This document shows, in pieces, positions 8,070-16,172 of a stretch of 27,823 bases of DNA (positions are counted from its first letter, which is position 1; each line of letters opens with the position of its first letter). The position numbers and the translations under genes are program-made. The notes beneath the pieces are model-generated. The model worked only from the letters and a program-made list of their open reading frames with translations. It ran no database searches and was not told the DNA's origin. This stretch comes from a virus. The stretch lies in the UHGV virus genome UHGV-0038965; one strand, 5' to 3'.

Positions 8070-8333
8070 TTAGTTTGTTTTAGCTTTGTCATGCTGGTCG
8101 CGAATGAAGTCAGCCAATTTAAGCATCAATTCTTCGGGCATTCTAATGGTTGCAATGTTGTACTTTATGTTCTCAACATCGTCACTTTCATCAACAGGCC
8201 ATTCAGTTACATTATGAAAAAAAGAAATTGAACCTAGGCGCTGAGAGCCGTCACCAAACGAAGAGTAGCCAAACGCGTCGGCGTATGCATCGACACAGTT
8301 ATTTGATTTTTTAACAAGTGTTTTATTACTCAT
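8070..8333 (-). CDS. Hypothetical 87-aa protein with a C-terminal ribbon-helix-helix-like segment
   Basis: The C-terminal TIRMPEELMLKLADFIRDQ resembles the strand-helix start of RHH (CopG/Arc-type) DNA-binding domains. AT-rich. Lies between cI and the membrane-protein gene on the same strand. Confidence 0.5.
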   Translation of the reverse strand: MSNKTLVKKSNNCVDAYADAFGYSSFGDGSQRLGSISFFHNVTEWPVDESDDVENIKYNIATIRMPEELMLKLADFIRDQHDKAKTN

Positions 8334-8415
8334 TTTTTGCCTTTCCCGTAATGTTATTTTTTATAAGGTATTTTCTTCAGCGTATTACCCAAAAGCCTCA
8401 TCAACACGCGGCTGA

Positions 8416-9105
8416 TTATCCGTGTTTTCTGTACGTCTGCGGCATGCTCCCAATAACCTTACCGAATATGAATACCCGGTTCATCTCGTCTTTCTCGATC
8501 GGGTCCCACGGTGAGTAGCTCTTGTTATCAGAGATAACCAGTAGCTTATCCTTCATCATTTGCAGGCGCTTTACATGGGCGGTGTCGTCATACAGAAACG
8601 CATAGATGCCATCACCGTCGAAAGATTTAACAGTGATATCAACGAACAGCAGGTCACCTGGTTCGATCGTCCCTGACATGCTGTCACCTCGCACGTTAAT
8701 GATGCGGATATTTTCCGCCTTCCTGCCATCGAACATGTGACGAGCATCGTCAAACGAGTACTCAACCGAGCGTAGAACTTCTACAAACTCACGGTTGATT
8801 ACACCTGGCCCGGCACTGACTTCTATATCAAGAACGTCAATTTTGAAGTATTTGGAATGGCTGACAGTTGATTGTATTGGTTGCACTGTACTGTCTGACA
8901 TATTTCCAACGCCAGAAGATAACCATTCTGCGCGTACACCCAAAGCGTTCGCGATCTCCACGATTTTAGTTGTTTGGTTAGCTTTCCCTGTTTCGATTTT
9001 CTGAATAGCAGCCTGGCTAACCCCGACCAAATCCCCAAGCGCCTTTTGTGTAAGGCCTCGCGCTAATCTGGCTTCTTTAAGTCTTTCTGAGAGTGTTGTT
9101 TTCAT
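8416..9105 (-). CDS. cI: CI-type prophage repressor (N-terminal HTH-XRE, C-terminal S24 LexA-like autopeptidase), 229 aa
   Basis: HTH segment LTQKALGDLVGVSQAAIQKIETGK; Ala-Gly cleavage site in EVSAGPG; catalytic Ser in GDSMSGTI and Lys in HVKRL. Divergent from cro across an operator-rich intergenic region. Not the lambda-immunity CI sequence. Confidence 0.9.
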   Translation of the reverse strand: MKTTLSERLKEARLARGLTQKALGDLVGVSQAAIQKIETGKANQTTKIVEIANALGVRAEWLSSGVGNMSDSTVQPIQSTVSHSKYFKIDVLDIEVSAGPGVINREFVEVLRSVEYSFDDARHMFDGRKAENIRIINVRGDSMSGTIEPGDLLFVDITVKSFDGDGIYAFLYDDTAHVKRLQMMKDKLLVISDNKSYSPWDPIEKDEMNRVFIFGKVIGSMPQTYRKHG

Positions 9106-9209
9106 AGATCAAATGTACAACCAAGGTTTTATTTCATCAAACGAAAATGGTTGTTGACTAAAAACAACCATAGTTTTAATCTTGATTCGGATTAACCACG
9201 GAGGTTGTT
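9106..9209. promoter_or_regulatory. OR region with divergent pRM and pR promoters and operators
   Basis: Inverted repeat atggttgtt-N7-aacaaccat. TTGACT - 17 nt - TAATCT reads rightward. SD GGAGG precedes cro. Confidence 0.6.
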
Positions 9210-9440
9210 ATGAACCCAGCAATCAAAACAGCGATCAATATCGTTGGTTCACAAAAGAAACTAGGCGATGCCTGCGAAGTTTCACAGCAGGCCGTCTATA
9301 AGTGGCTTCACAACAAAGCAAAGGTATCCCCTGAACATGTCGGCAGCATTGTTACGGCTACTGGTGGAGTTGTGAAGGCATACCAGATTCGCCCGGATCT
9401 TCCGAAGTTGTTTCCACACACCGAAAAGAACGCAGCTTAA
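9210..9440 (+). CDS. cro: Cro-like HTH regulator (YdaS/Cro family), 76 aa
   Basis: Small HTH protein (LGDACEVSQQAVYKWL) divergently transcribed from cI with a strong SD. Unrelated in sequence to lambda Cro; resembles Rac YdaS-type Cro as I recall it. Confidence 0.8.
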   Translation: MNPAIKTAINIVGSQKKLGDACEVSQQAVYKWLHNKAKVSPEHVGSIVTATGGVVKAYQIRPDLPKLFPHTEKNAA

Positions 9441-9509
9441 ATTTCCATTTCACGCTCTTTAACAATAAGCAATCAACTTAACAGTCAATTCAAACTAAAG
9501 GAGTCAATT

Positions 9510-10049
9510 ATGCAACCACTTACATACCAACAGACTAGCGGATTTATTCCGACTGCGGTGATAAATCGTTCTCAAACAAAACAAGCTCCAGGCCACGAAA
9601 AAATCCGTGATGCCGTCCGCGCCTGGTCGGCTGTAGATAATCAGGATGTCGTTGCCGCACTCATTGTGAATGAGTATCGGGAGCAGGGCGACGGCACCAT
9701 CGATTTCCCTGATGATGTCAGCCGTGCACGCCAGAAGCTGTTCCGCTTCCTCGATAACAAATTCGATTCTGAAAAATACCGAAATAACGTGCGTGAACTG
9801 ACCCCGGCAATTCTGGCGGTACTACCGCTGGAATATCGCGGTTACCTGGTTGAGCAGGATAGCTTCATGACTCGGTTGGCTGAAATGGAAAAGGAACTCA
9901 GTGAGGCAAAACAGGCTGTCATTCTCAACGCACCACGCCACCAGAAACTGAAGGAAATGAGTGAAGGTATTGTGTCGATGTTTCGTGTGGACCCGGATCT
10001 GGCTGGTCCATTAATGGCGATGGTGACCACCATGCTGGGGGCAATATGA
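9510..10049 (+). CDS. YdaT-like regulator (functional analogue of CII), 179 aa
   Basis: Lies between cro and the replication genes, with SD AAGGAG. Resembles Rac YdaT-family proteins from memory (LTPAILAVLP motif). Not lambda CII. Confidence 0.55.
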   Translation: MQPLTYQQTSGFIPTAVINRSQTKQAPGHEKIRDAVRAWSAVDNQDVVAALIVNEYREQGDGTIDFPDDVSRARQKLFRFLDNKFDSEKYRNNVRELTPAILAVLPLEYRGYLVEQDSFMTRLAEMEKELSEAKQAVILNAPRHQKLKEMSEGIVSMFRVDPDLAGPLMAMVTTMLGAI

Positions 10050-10135
10050 CAGGTCCAGAAATGGCGAAAGTCGGTCTGCGGGAACAGAACCGACTTTCAG
10101 GTGCAAATCGTAACACACTCATTGCGGGAGGAATT

Positions 10136-11065
10136 ATGGCAAACACTGCTGAGATATTCAATTTTCCAGTGCCGGATGCGGCACAAAAGGAGCCGCGCGT
10201 GGCAGATCTCGATGATGGTTATACGCGCATTGCAAATGAGTTGCTGGAAGCTGTGATGCTGGCCGGATTAACACAGCACCAGCTTCTGGTCTTCCTGGCT
10301 GTCATGCGCAAAACATATGGCTTTAATAAAAAACTGGATTGGGTGAGCAACGAGCAACTTTCCGAGTTGACCGGGATATTGCCGCACAAGTGTTCTGCTG
10401 CAAAAAGTGTTCTGGTAAAGCGTGGGATTTTTATTCAGAGCGGGCGGAATATCGGCATTAATAATGTGGTCAGTGAATGGTCAACATTACCCGAATCAGG
10501 TAAGAAAAATAAAGTTTACCTGAAAGAGGTAAATTTACCTGAATCAGGTAAGAAAAGTTTACCCAAATCAGGTAAAGGCACTTACCCGAATCAGGTAAAC
10601 ACAAAAGACAAACTAACAAAAGACAATATAAAACCTTATTCGTCCGAGAATTCTGGCGAATACTCTGACCAGCCAGAAAACGACCTTCCTGTGGTGAAAC
10701 CGGATGCTGCGATTCAGAGCGGCAGCAAGTGGGGGACAGCAGAAGACCTGACCGCCGCAGAGTGGATGTTTGACATGGTGAAGACCATCGCGCCATCAGC
10801 CAGAAAACCGAATTTTGCAGGGTGGGCTAACGATATCCGCCTGATGCGTGAGCGTGACGGGCGTAACCACCGCGATATGTGTGTACTGTTCCGCTGGGCA
10901 TGCCAGGACAACTTCTGGTCCGGTAACGTGCTGAGTCCGGCCAAACTCCGCGACAAGTGGACCCAGCTCGAAATCAACCGAAACAAGCAACAGGCTGGCG
11001 TGACAGCCGGCAAACCAAAACTCGACCTGACGAACACTGACTGGATTTACGGGGTGGATTTATGA
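10136..11065 (+). CDS. O: Replication initiator O (the ORF is open from 10046; the preferred start is 10136, MANTAEIFNF...)
   Basis: RVADLDDGYTRIANELLEA and LAVMRKTYGFNKK match the lambda O N-terminal DNA-binding domain. GGGAGG precedes the ATG at 10136. Contains the ori iterons. The C-terminal domain precedes P as in lambda. Confidence 0.9.
   Translation: MANTAEIFNFPVPDAAQKEPRVADLDDGYTRIANELLEAVMLAGLTQHQLLVFLAVMRKTYGFNKKLDWVSNEQLSELTGILPHKCSAAKSVLVKRGIFIQSGRNIGINNVVSEWSTLPESGKKNKVYLKEVNLPESGKKSLPKSGKGTYPNQVNTKDKLTKDNIKPYSSENSGEYSDQPENDLPVVKPDAAIQSGSKWGTAEDLTAAEWMFDMVKTIAPSARKPNFAGWANDIRLMRERDGRNHRDMCVLFRWACQDNFWSGNVLSPAKLRDKWTQLEINRNKQQAGVTAGKPKLDLTNTDWIYGVDL
10488..10600 (+). repeat. ori: Origin of replication: five iterons (consensus about TTACCYRAATCAGGTAAR) followed by an A/T-rich segment extending to about 10640
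   Basis: tacccgaatcaggtaag / ttacctgaaagaggtaaa / ttacctgaatcaggtaag / ttacccaaatcaggtaaag / cttacccgaatcaggtaaac, then acacaaaagacaaactaacaaaagacaatataaaacc. They lie inside the O reading frame and are translated as LPESGKK repeats. Confidence 0.85.
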
Positions 11066-11763
11066 AAAACATCGCCGCACAGATGGTTAACTTTGACCGT
11101 GAGCAGATGCGCCGGATCGCCAACAATATGCTGGAACAGTACGACGAAAAGCCGCAGGTACAGCAGGTAGCGCAGATCATCAACGGTGTGTTCAGCCAGT
11201 TACTGGCAACTTTCCCTGCGAGCCTGGCTAACCGGGATCAGAACGAACTGAACGAAATCCGCCGCCAGTGGGTTCTGGCTTTCCGGGAAAACGGGATCAC
11301 CACAATGGAACAGGTTAACGCAGGAATGCGCGTAGCCCGTCGGCAGAATCGACCATTCCTGCCATCACCCGGGCAGTTTGTTGCATGGTGCCGGGAAGAA
11401 GCATCCGTTATCGCCGGACTGCCAAACGTCAGCGAGCTGGTTGATATGGTTTACGAGTATTGCCGGAAGCGAGGCCTGTATCCGGATGCGGAGTCTTATC
11501 CGTGGAAATCAAACGCGCACTACTGGCTGGTTACCAACCTGTATCAGAACATGCGGGCCAATGCGTTGACTGACGCGGAATTACGGCGCAAGGCTGCCGA
11601 TGAACTGTCCTGTATGACCGCACGAATTAACCGTGGTGAGGCTATACCTGAACCAGTAAAACAACTTCCTGTCATGGGCGGTAGACCACTTAACCGGGCT
11701 CAGGCTCTGGCGAAGATCGCAGAAATCAAAGCTAAGTTCGGACTGAAAGGAGCCAGTGTATGA
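11062..11763 (+). CDS. P: Replication protein P (DnaB helicase loader), 233 aa
   Basis: MKNIAAQMVNFDREQMRRIANNM...KIAEIKAKFGLKGASV matches lambda P almost residue for residue. Overlaps O by 4 bp. Confidence 0.97.
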   Translation: MKNIAAQMVNFDREQMRRIANNMLEQYDEKPQVQQVAQIINGVFSQLLATFPASLANRDQNELNEIRRQWVLAFRENGITTMEQVNAGMRVARRQNRPFLPSPGQFVAWCREEASVIAGLPNVSELVDMVYEYCRKRGLYPDAESYPWKSNAHYWLVTNLYQNMRANALTDAELRRKAADELSCMTARINRGEAIPEPVKQLPVMGGRPLNRAQALAKIAEIKAKFGLKGASV

Positions 11764-12053
11764 CAGGCAAAGAGGCAATTCTTCACTACCTGAAAACGCA
11801 CCGGACTTTCTGCGCGCCGGATGTAGCTGCGGCAACAGGCGCAACAGTAACCAGCATAAATCAGGCTGCGGCTAAAATGGCGCGGGCAGGAATCTTGGTC
11901 ATTGATGGTAAGGTCTGGCGAACGGTGTATTACAGATTCGCTACCAGGGAAGAACGGGAAGGAAAGGTGAGCACTAACCTGATTTTTAAGGAGTGTCGCC
12001 AGAGTGCCGCGATGAAGCGGGTGTTGATGGTTTGGGGGAGGGTAGGGGTATGA
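11760..12053 (+). CDS. ren: Ren (Rex exclusion protein), 97 aa
   Basis: MTGKEAILHYLKTHRTFCAPDVAAATGATVTSINQAAAKMARAGILVIDGKVWRTVYYRFATREEREGK... matches lambda Ren. Confidence 0.93.
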   Translation: MTGKEAILHYLKTHRTFCAPDVAAATGATVTSINQAAAKMARAGILVIDGKVWRTVYYRFATREEREGKVSTNLIFKECRQSAAMKRVLMVWGRVGV

Positions 12054-12250
12054 GCATGATGGATTTCGCAGAAACTAAAAAGGCTATCGACGCCATCACA
12101 ACCGACTGGTCTATCCGAGGACCGTATCACGAAGACGACGGGAAATATTACGCCTTGCTTCGTGGAGAGTGGGTTGGTGGCGGGTATATCGGAAAACGGA
12201 AAGCCCTTGATGCCATTCTCGAAAAGTTAATCCAGGAGGCCGCCCAATGA
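12050..12250 (+). CDS. Hypothetical nin-region protein (about 66 aa)
   Basis: The ATG overlaps the ren stop (ATGA) and follows a G-rich SD. The track lists a longer ORF from 11993 that overlaps ren. Confidence 0.5.
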   Translation: MSMMDFAETKKAIDAITTDWSIRGPYHEDDGKYYALLRGEWVGGGYIGKRKALDAILEKLIQEAAQ

Positions 12251-12477
12251 GCAACATCGACAAACCAATGACAAACCGTGAACTGGTGGATGCCGCCATT
12301 GAATTGGCCGGAGAGTTTTATGCGATGCAGGGCTATTCGCATCGTCCTGGCTTCAAGTATTGGCAATCTCCGCACCCGCATGAGCGCCTGTGCTTTGAAA
12401 TGGCTTGCGTGGCATTCGAAACCATTCGCGGCTCAGATGTAATGGACGCCGTATCTGAGTTGGAGGATGAAGAATGA
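12247..12477 (+). CDS. Hypothetical nin-region protein (76 aa)
   Basis: ORF translationally coupled to its neighbours by 4-bp overlaps. Confidence 0.55.
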   Translation: MSNIDKPMTNRELVDAAIELAGEFYAMQGYSHRPGFKYWQSPHPHERLCFEMACVAFETIRGSDVMDAVSELEDEE

Positions 12478-12887
12478 GCAACATCGACAAACGCGCATTA
12501 CGTGAAATCGCTGAGGCAGCAGTTGGTGCGCATGAGCGCCTTAGTGTTATGCCGCCTGATGACATTTTCGATATCTCACTGGCAGAAGGAACTCAGCTTG
12601 ATGCAGATATCACTGCCTTGAACGCGCTGAACTCCGCAGCCAACCCAGCCACAGTGCTGGCGCTGCTGGATGAGCTGGAAGCCAAAGACCAGAGGATTGC
12701 TGTGCTGACCGAATCGCTCAAGCAGACGGTTTCAGGATACAAATCCTGCCTGCGTACCGGACATGAGCGCATTCTTGACCTTGGCGGTGACTGTGACGCG
12801 CCAGAAGTGATGATTGCAGGCAATCCTGACATTCAGCAGGCGCAGAAGCTGATCGCCGCCGCATCCGGTAAAGGAGAGGCATCATGA
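12474..12887 (+). CDS. Ea22-like protein (137 aa)
   Basis: The MSNIDKRALREIAEAA N-terminus and the ANPATVLALLDELEA motif are shared with the Ea22-like protein encoded at 3658-4065. Confidence 0.65.
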   Translation: MSNIDKRALREIAEAAVGAHERLSVMPPDDIFDISLAEGTQLDADITALNALNSAANPATVLALLDELEAKDQRIAVLTESLKQTVSGYKSCLRTGHERILDLGGDCDAPEVMIAGNPDIQQAQKLIAAASGKGEAS

Positions 12888-13690
12888 GCACTATTACCAA
12901 ACAATGGCTGCAGCAGAAAATTGCCGACATGGAAGCAGCCAGAGATGAAATCCCGTTCGGTCTGGACGAAGGCGACAGCAACACGCTGGCGGCACTGCGT
13001 ATCGCGCTGGCATCGCTCGAAGCGGAGCCTGCCATTCACCGGTGGCGTCGTGTGACCTCTGAGCCATACGGCCCCTATCCTTGGCATTATGGTGATTTTA
13101 TCGGCTTCTCAAAGCCCGTTGATGGGATTGAGGATGAGTATTTTTACTCCGCCCCGCCAGAGCCAGCCAATGCCGAAACCGTAGCCTGGCTGTGGTCACA
13201 CAGGAAACACCCGAGCGAAGTCACGCTTGTTCGCCCTGAAGATGATGAGAGAGCGGAGGGTGCTCACTGGTCTGGCTGGAGTTGTCAGGCGCTTTATGCA
13301 GCACCGCCAGTTCCGGTATCTGTGCCCACATTCGAGAAATGGTGTGAGTTGACTGAGCAGAAACCTGTCGGATGGGTGCGTGATGCTATGAAAGAAGCGT
13401 ATGACGGATGCCGCGACGCCATGCTTCAGGGTGCCGAAAAAGCCGAGTCGCCCACCACCATGCAGACCGCGCCAGCCCTAGATTCTTCGCCAAAAATTTC
13501 CGAGTCGCCCGTCAGCAACTCTCCGGTGATTCCGGATGGTTGGGTGCTGGTTCCTAAGGAGCCAACTCCAGAAATGCGTGAGGCGTACCATCAGGCGCAG
13601 GAAGAGTGTGAAGATGGCGGTAGATTATGGAGCCCAGACCACCAATGGAAGGCCATGATCGCAGCAGCACCGCAGCAGGAGGCGAAGTGA
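12884..13690 (+). CDS. Hypothetical modular protein (268 aa), paralogous at its N-terminus to the product of 2093-2890
   Basis: MSTITKQWL...LAALRIALASLEAE and NSPVIPDGW are shared with the early-left 265-aa protein; the C-terminal region is unrelated. Confidence 0.6.
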   Translation: MSTITKQWLQQKIADMEAARDEIPFGLDEGDSNTLAALRIALASLEAEPAIHRWRRVTSEPYGPYPWHYGDFIGFSKPVDGIEDEYFYSAPPEPANAETVAWLWSHRKHPSEVTLVRPEDDERAEGAHWSGWSCQALYAAPPVPVSVPTFEKWCELTEQKPVGWVRDAMKEAYDGCRDAMLQGAEKAESPTTMQTAPALDSSPKISESPVSNSPVIPDGWVLVPKEPTPEMREAYHQAQEECEDGGRLWSPDHQWKAMIAAAPQQEAK

Positions 13691-13740
13691 TTATGTCGTG
13701 ACAGCATAATTGCGATGTCAACGATAAGCAGAGGTTTGAA

Positions 13741-13936
13741 AATGAAATCACAATCACCAGTGCAGCATGAAGTTAACATCGACGGCAAAGAGTATGTTGT
13801 CACAGTAGTCCAAACCGGCAAGTCAACGTGGAGGGCATGGGGAGATTCCTGGGGGCGCCATATAGTCGAAACAGGTTCTAGCGAACATAGCGCGCTTTCT
13901 CATTGGAAAGCAAAAGCTTTAGTTATGAATGGGTAG
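13741..13936 (+). CDS. Hypothetical small protein (about 65 aa; the ORF is open from 13715)
   Basis: SD GAGGT precedes the ATG at 13741. Confidence 0.45.
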
Positions 13937-13959
13937 CGCGGAAACTTTGAAGGTATAAT

Positions 13960-13985
13960 CCCCTCAAATAATCGAGGGGGTTTTT
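13960..13985 (+). terminator. Hairpin plus T-run immediately upstream of the moron ATG
   Basis: cccctc-aaataatc-gaggggg-ttttt, directly followed by the ATG at 13986. The 3' arm may double as the SD. Confidence 0.5.
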
Positions 13986-14495
13986 ATGTCTGGTTGGGAT
14001 AACGGTATAGATGCAGTTTCTGCGATTGCAGCTATCGCATCTGCGGTAGCAACTTATTTAGCATGGCGATCCTCAGAAGCTAGCAGGGCCACATCCGAAA
14101 AAGCTTTGCAGTTGCAAGGAAAGCAGTATTTGTACGAGACATTAAAAGCTTGCGCTGAGAGAGCGAATTCATACTCAAAAGGAAAGAAAGGGGCTGACTG
14201 GAGCTTTCATGACGCAGCCAATATTGTTCGATGTTTGAACATGGCAATGGGGAGCATAATAAATTACTCAGATACCAACAATCAGGATGCAATGAAAGGT
14301 CTGAAGCAATTCTTTATTAGCCAATTAAACATGGAGCTTTTTGAAGAGCTCAACTATGAGGTTGGGCCTGATGCCTTCTTTCACGGAGAGGAGCTAACCA
14401 GCATGACGAGCGATATTTACTCGCAGTGGTTAAACATTATTTCATTCTTTAACCTCATGATTGTCACAGATGATGACCTCGCCGATGAAACATAG
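13986..14495 (+). CDS. Hypothetical membrane-anchored protein (169 aa), moron
   Basis: N-terminal hydrophobic helix (IDAVSAIAAIASAVATYLAW) followed by a soluble domain. Markedly AT-rich relative to flanking nin genes. Bracketed by hairpins, with TATAAT at 13953-13958. Confidence 0.65.
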   Translation: MSGWDNGIDAVSAIAAIASAVATYLAWRSSEASRATSEKALQLQGKQYLYETLKACAERANSYSKGKKGADWSFHDAANIVRCLNMAMGSIINYSDTNNQDAMKGLKQFFISQLNMELFEELNYEVGPDAFFHGEELTSMTSDIYSQWLNIISFFNLMIVTDDDLADET

Positions 14496-14682
14496 CTTGA
14501 TTGATTTTCCATAATCAACCCGCCATAATCATGTCATCGGAGCCTGAACAACTCCGGTGACTTCTGCGCTAAACGGGGACGTTTATGCGCACATACAATC
14601 CAAACTCACTTCTCCCGTCACAGATGCAGAAATGCACCTGCGATTTTTTGTATTCTGCGTTTTACCTCTACGGAGGTGAAGC

Positions 14683-15138
14683 GTGAACCTCCCACAAGAC
14701 GGCATCAAACTACATCGCGGCAACTTCACCGCTATCGGCCAGCAGATCCAGCCTTATCTGGAGGACGGAAAATGCTTTCGCATGGTGCTTAAACCGTGGC
14801 GTGAGAAACGCAGTCTTTCCCAGAATGCACTCAGCCACATGTGGTACAGCGAAATCAGTGAATACCTCATCAGCAGGGGTAAAACGTTCGCCACTCCAGC
14901 TTGGGTAAAAGATGCTCTCAAACACACATATCTCGGTTATGAAACCAAAGACCTGGTTGATGTCGTAACCGGTGATATCACCACTATCCAGTCGTTACGC
15001 CATACCTCCGACCTTGATACCGGAGAGATGTATGTCTTCCTGTGTAAGGTTGAAGCCTGGGCGATGAATATTGGCTGCCACCTGACTATTCCGCAGAGCT
15101 GCGAGTTCCAGCTGCTGCGTGATAAGCAGGAGGCGTAA
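14683..15138 (+). CDS. ninB: NinB/YbcN-family protein (DNA-binding recombination protein), 151 aa, GTG start
   Basis: Resembles DLP12 YbcN/NinB as I recall it; GGAGG SD upstream; position at the head of the nin cluster. Confidence 0.75.
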   Translation: MNLPQDGIKLHRGNFTAIGQQIQPYLEDGKCFRMVLKPWREKRSLSQNALSHMWYSEISEYLISRGKTFATPAWVKDALKHTYLGYETKDLVDVVTGDITTIQSLRHTSDLDTGEMYVFLCKVEAWAMNIGCHLTIPQSCEFQLLRDKQEA

Positions 15139-15308
15139 TGGCTACACCGCTTATTCGTGTCATGAACGGACACATCTACAAAGTACCAAATCGTCGTAAG
15201 CGTAAGCCTGAGCTGAAACCATCCGAAATACCAACACTGCTCGGATATACCGCCAGCCTGGTTGATAAAAAATGGTTGCGACTGGCAGCTAGGAGGAATC
15301 ATGGCTGA
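15138..15308 (+). CDS. ninE: NinE-like small protein (56 aa)
   Basis: My own translation gives [56 protein letters not shown]. It is below the track cutoff and resembles DLP12 NinE from memory. Confidence 0.6.
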   Translation: MATPLIRVMNGHIYKVPNRRKRKPELKPSEIPTLLGYTASLVDKKWLRLAARRNHG

Positions 15309-15591
15309 TTTGAGAAAAGCAGCGCGTGGTCGGGAATGCCAGGTAAGAATCCCTGGCGTATGTAATGGCAATCCTGAAACGTCTGTACTGGCACATATCC
15401 GGCTGGCTGGATTGTGCGGTACCGGTATCAAACCGCCAGACCTGATTGCCACCATTGCATGTTCTGCCTGTCACGACGAGATCGACCGTCGCACGCATTT
15501 TGTTGACGCTGGATATGCAAAAGAATGCGCGCTGGAAGGTATGGCGAGAACGCAGGTTATCTGGCTGAAAGAGGGGGTAATTAAGGCGTGA
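15302..15591 (+). CDS. ybcO: YbcO-like protein (DUF1364, putative nuclease with Cys/His cluster), about 96 aa
   Basis: [34 protein letters not shown]...CSACHDEID matches DLP12 YbcO from memory. The ORF is open from 15262, but SD AGGAGG precedes the ATG at 15302. Confidence 0.7.
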
Positions 15592-15950
15592 ATACCTACA
15601 ATATCACATTACCCTGGCCGCCGAGCAATAATCGCTATTACCGCCATAATCGCGGGCGCACGCACATCAGCGCAGAGGGGCAGGCATACCGCGAAAACGT
15701 CGCCCGAATCATTAAAAACGCAATGCTGGATATCGGCCTGGCTATGCCTGTGAAAATCCGCATTGAGTGTCACATGCCGGATCGCCGTCGCCGTGACCTG
15801 GATAATCTACAAAAGGCCGCTTTTGACGCACTCACCAAAGCAGGTTTCTGGCTGGATGATGCTCAGGTCGTTGATTACCGCGTTGTGAAGATGCCGGTTG
15901 TCAAAGGTGGAAAGCTGGAACTGACCATCACTGAACAGGGAGATGAATGA
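15588..15950 (+). CDS. rusA: RusA Holliday-junction resolvase, 120 aa
   Basis: [42 protein letters not shown]... matches DLP12 RusA. Confidence 0.92.
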   Translation: MNTYNITLPWPPSNNRYYRHNRGRTHISAEGQAYRENVARIIKNAMLDIGLAMPVKIRIECHMPDRRRRDLDNLQKAAFDALTKAGFWLDDAQVVDYRVVKMPVVKGGKLELTITEQGDE

Positions 15951-16087
15951 TGTTTGAGTTTTATATGGCAGAACTTCTTCGCCACCGCTGGATGCGCCTG
16001 CGCTTATATCGTTTCCCCGGTTCTGTTTTGACCGATTACCGAATACTGAAGAATTACGCCAAAACACTGACAGGAGCAGGAGTATGA
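15947..16087 (+). CDS. ylcG: YlcG-like small protein (46 aa)
   Basis: My own translation gives [46 protein letters not shown], which resembles DLP12 YlcG. Overlaps rusA by 4 bp. Confidence 0.6.
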   Translation: MMFEFYMAELLRHRWMRLRLYRFPGSVLTDYRILKNYAKTLTGAGV

Positions 16088-16172
16088 AGTCAGAGATAAC
16101 AATCAACTAATACTGTTTTGTTGATTTTTGCTTGTAATTGGCGTTCTGGTCTGAGTTTTGTGGAGTAAGTTG

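Noticed and set aside
9210-10049. The YdaS/YdaT-like pair as a toxin-antitoxin module
   Set aside because: Their position, divergent from cI and between cro and O, fits Cro and a CII-like regulator, which is also how I recall the Rac YdaS/YdaT pair being reinterpreted.
10488-10600. The repeat array as a CRISPR array
   Set aside because: The repeats are about 18 bp with 4-10-bp spacing, each internally palindromic, inside the O gene and followed by an AT-rich segment, which is an iteron origin; there are no spacers or cas genes.
10470-11183. Minus-strand ORFs (10470-10796, 10714-11037, 10796-10990, 10974-11183) opposite O and P
   Set aside because: Antisense to genes with strong identification; no independent support.
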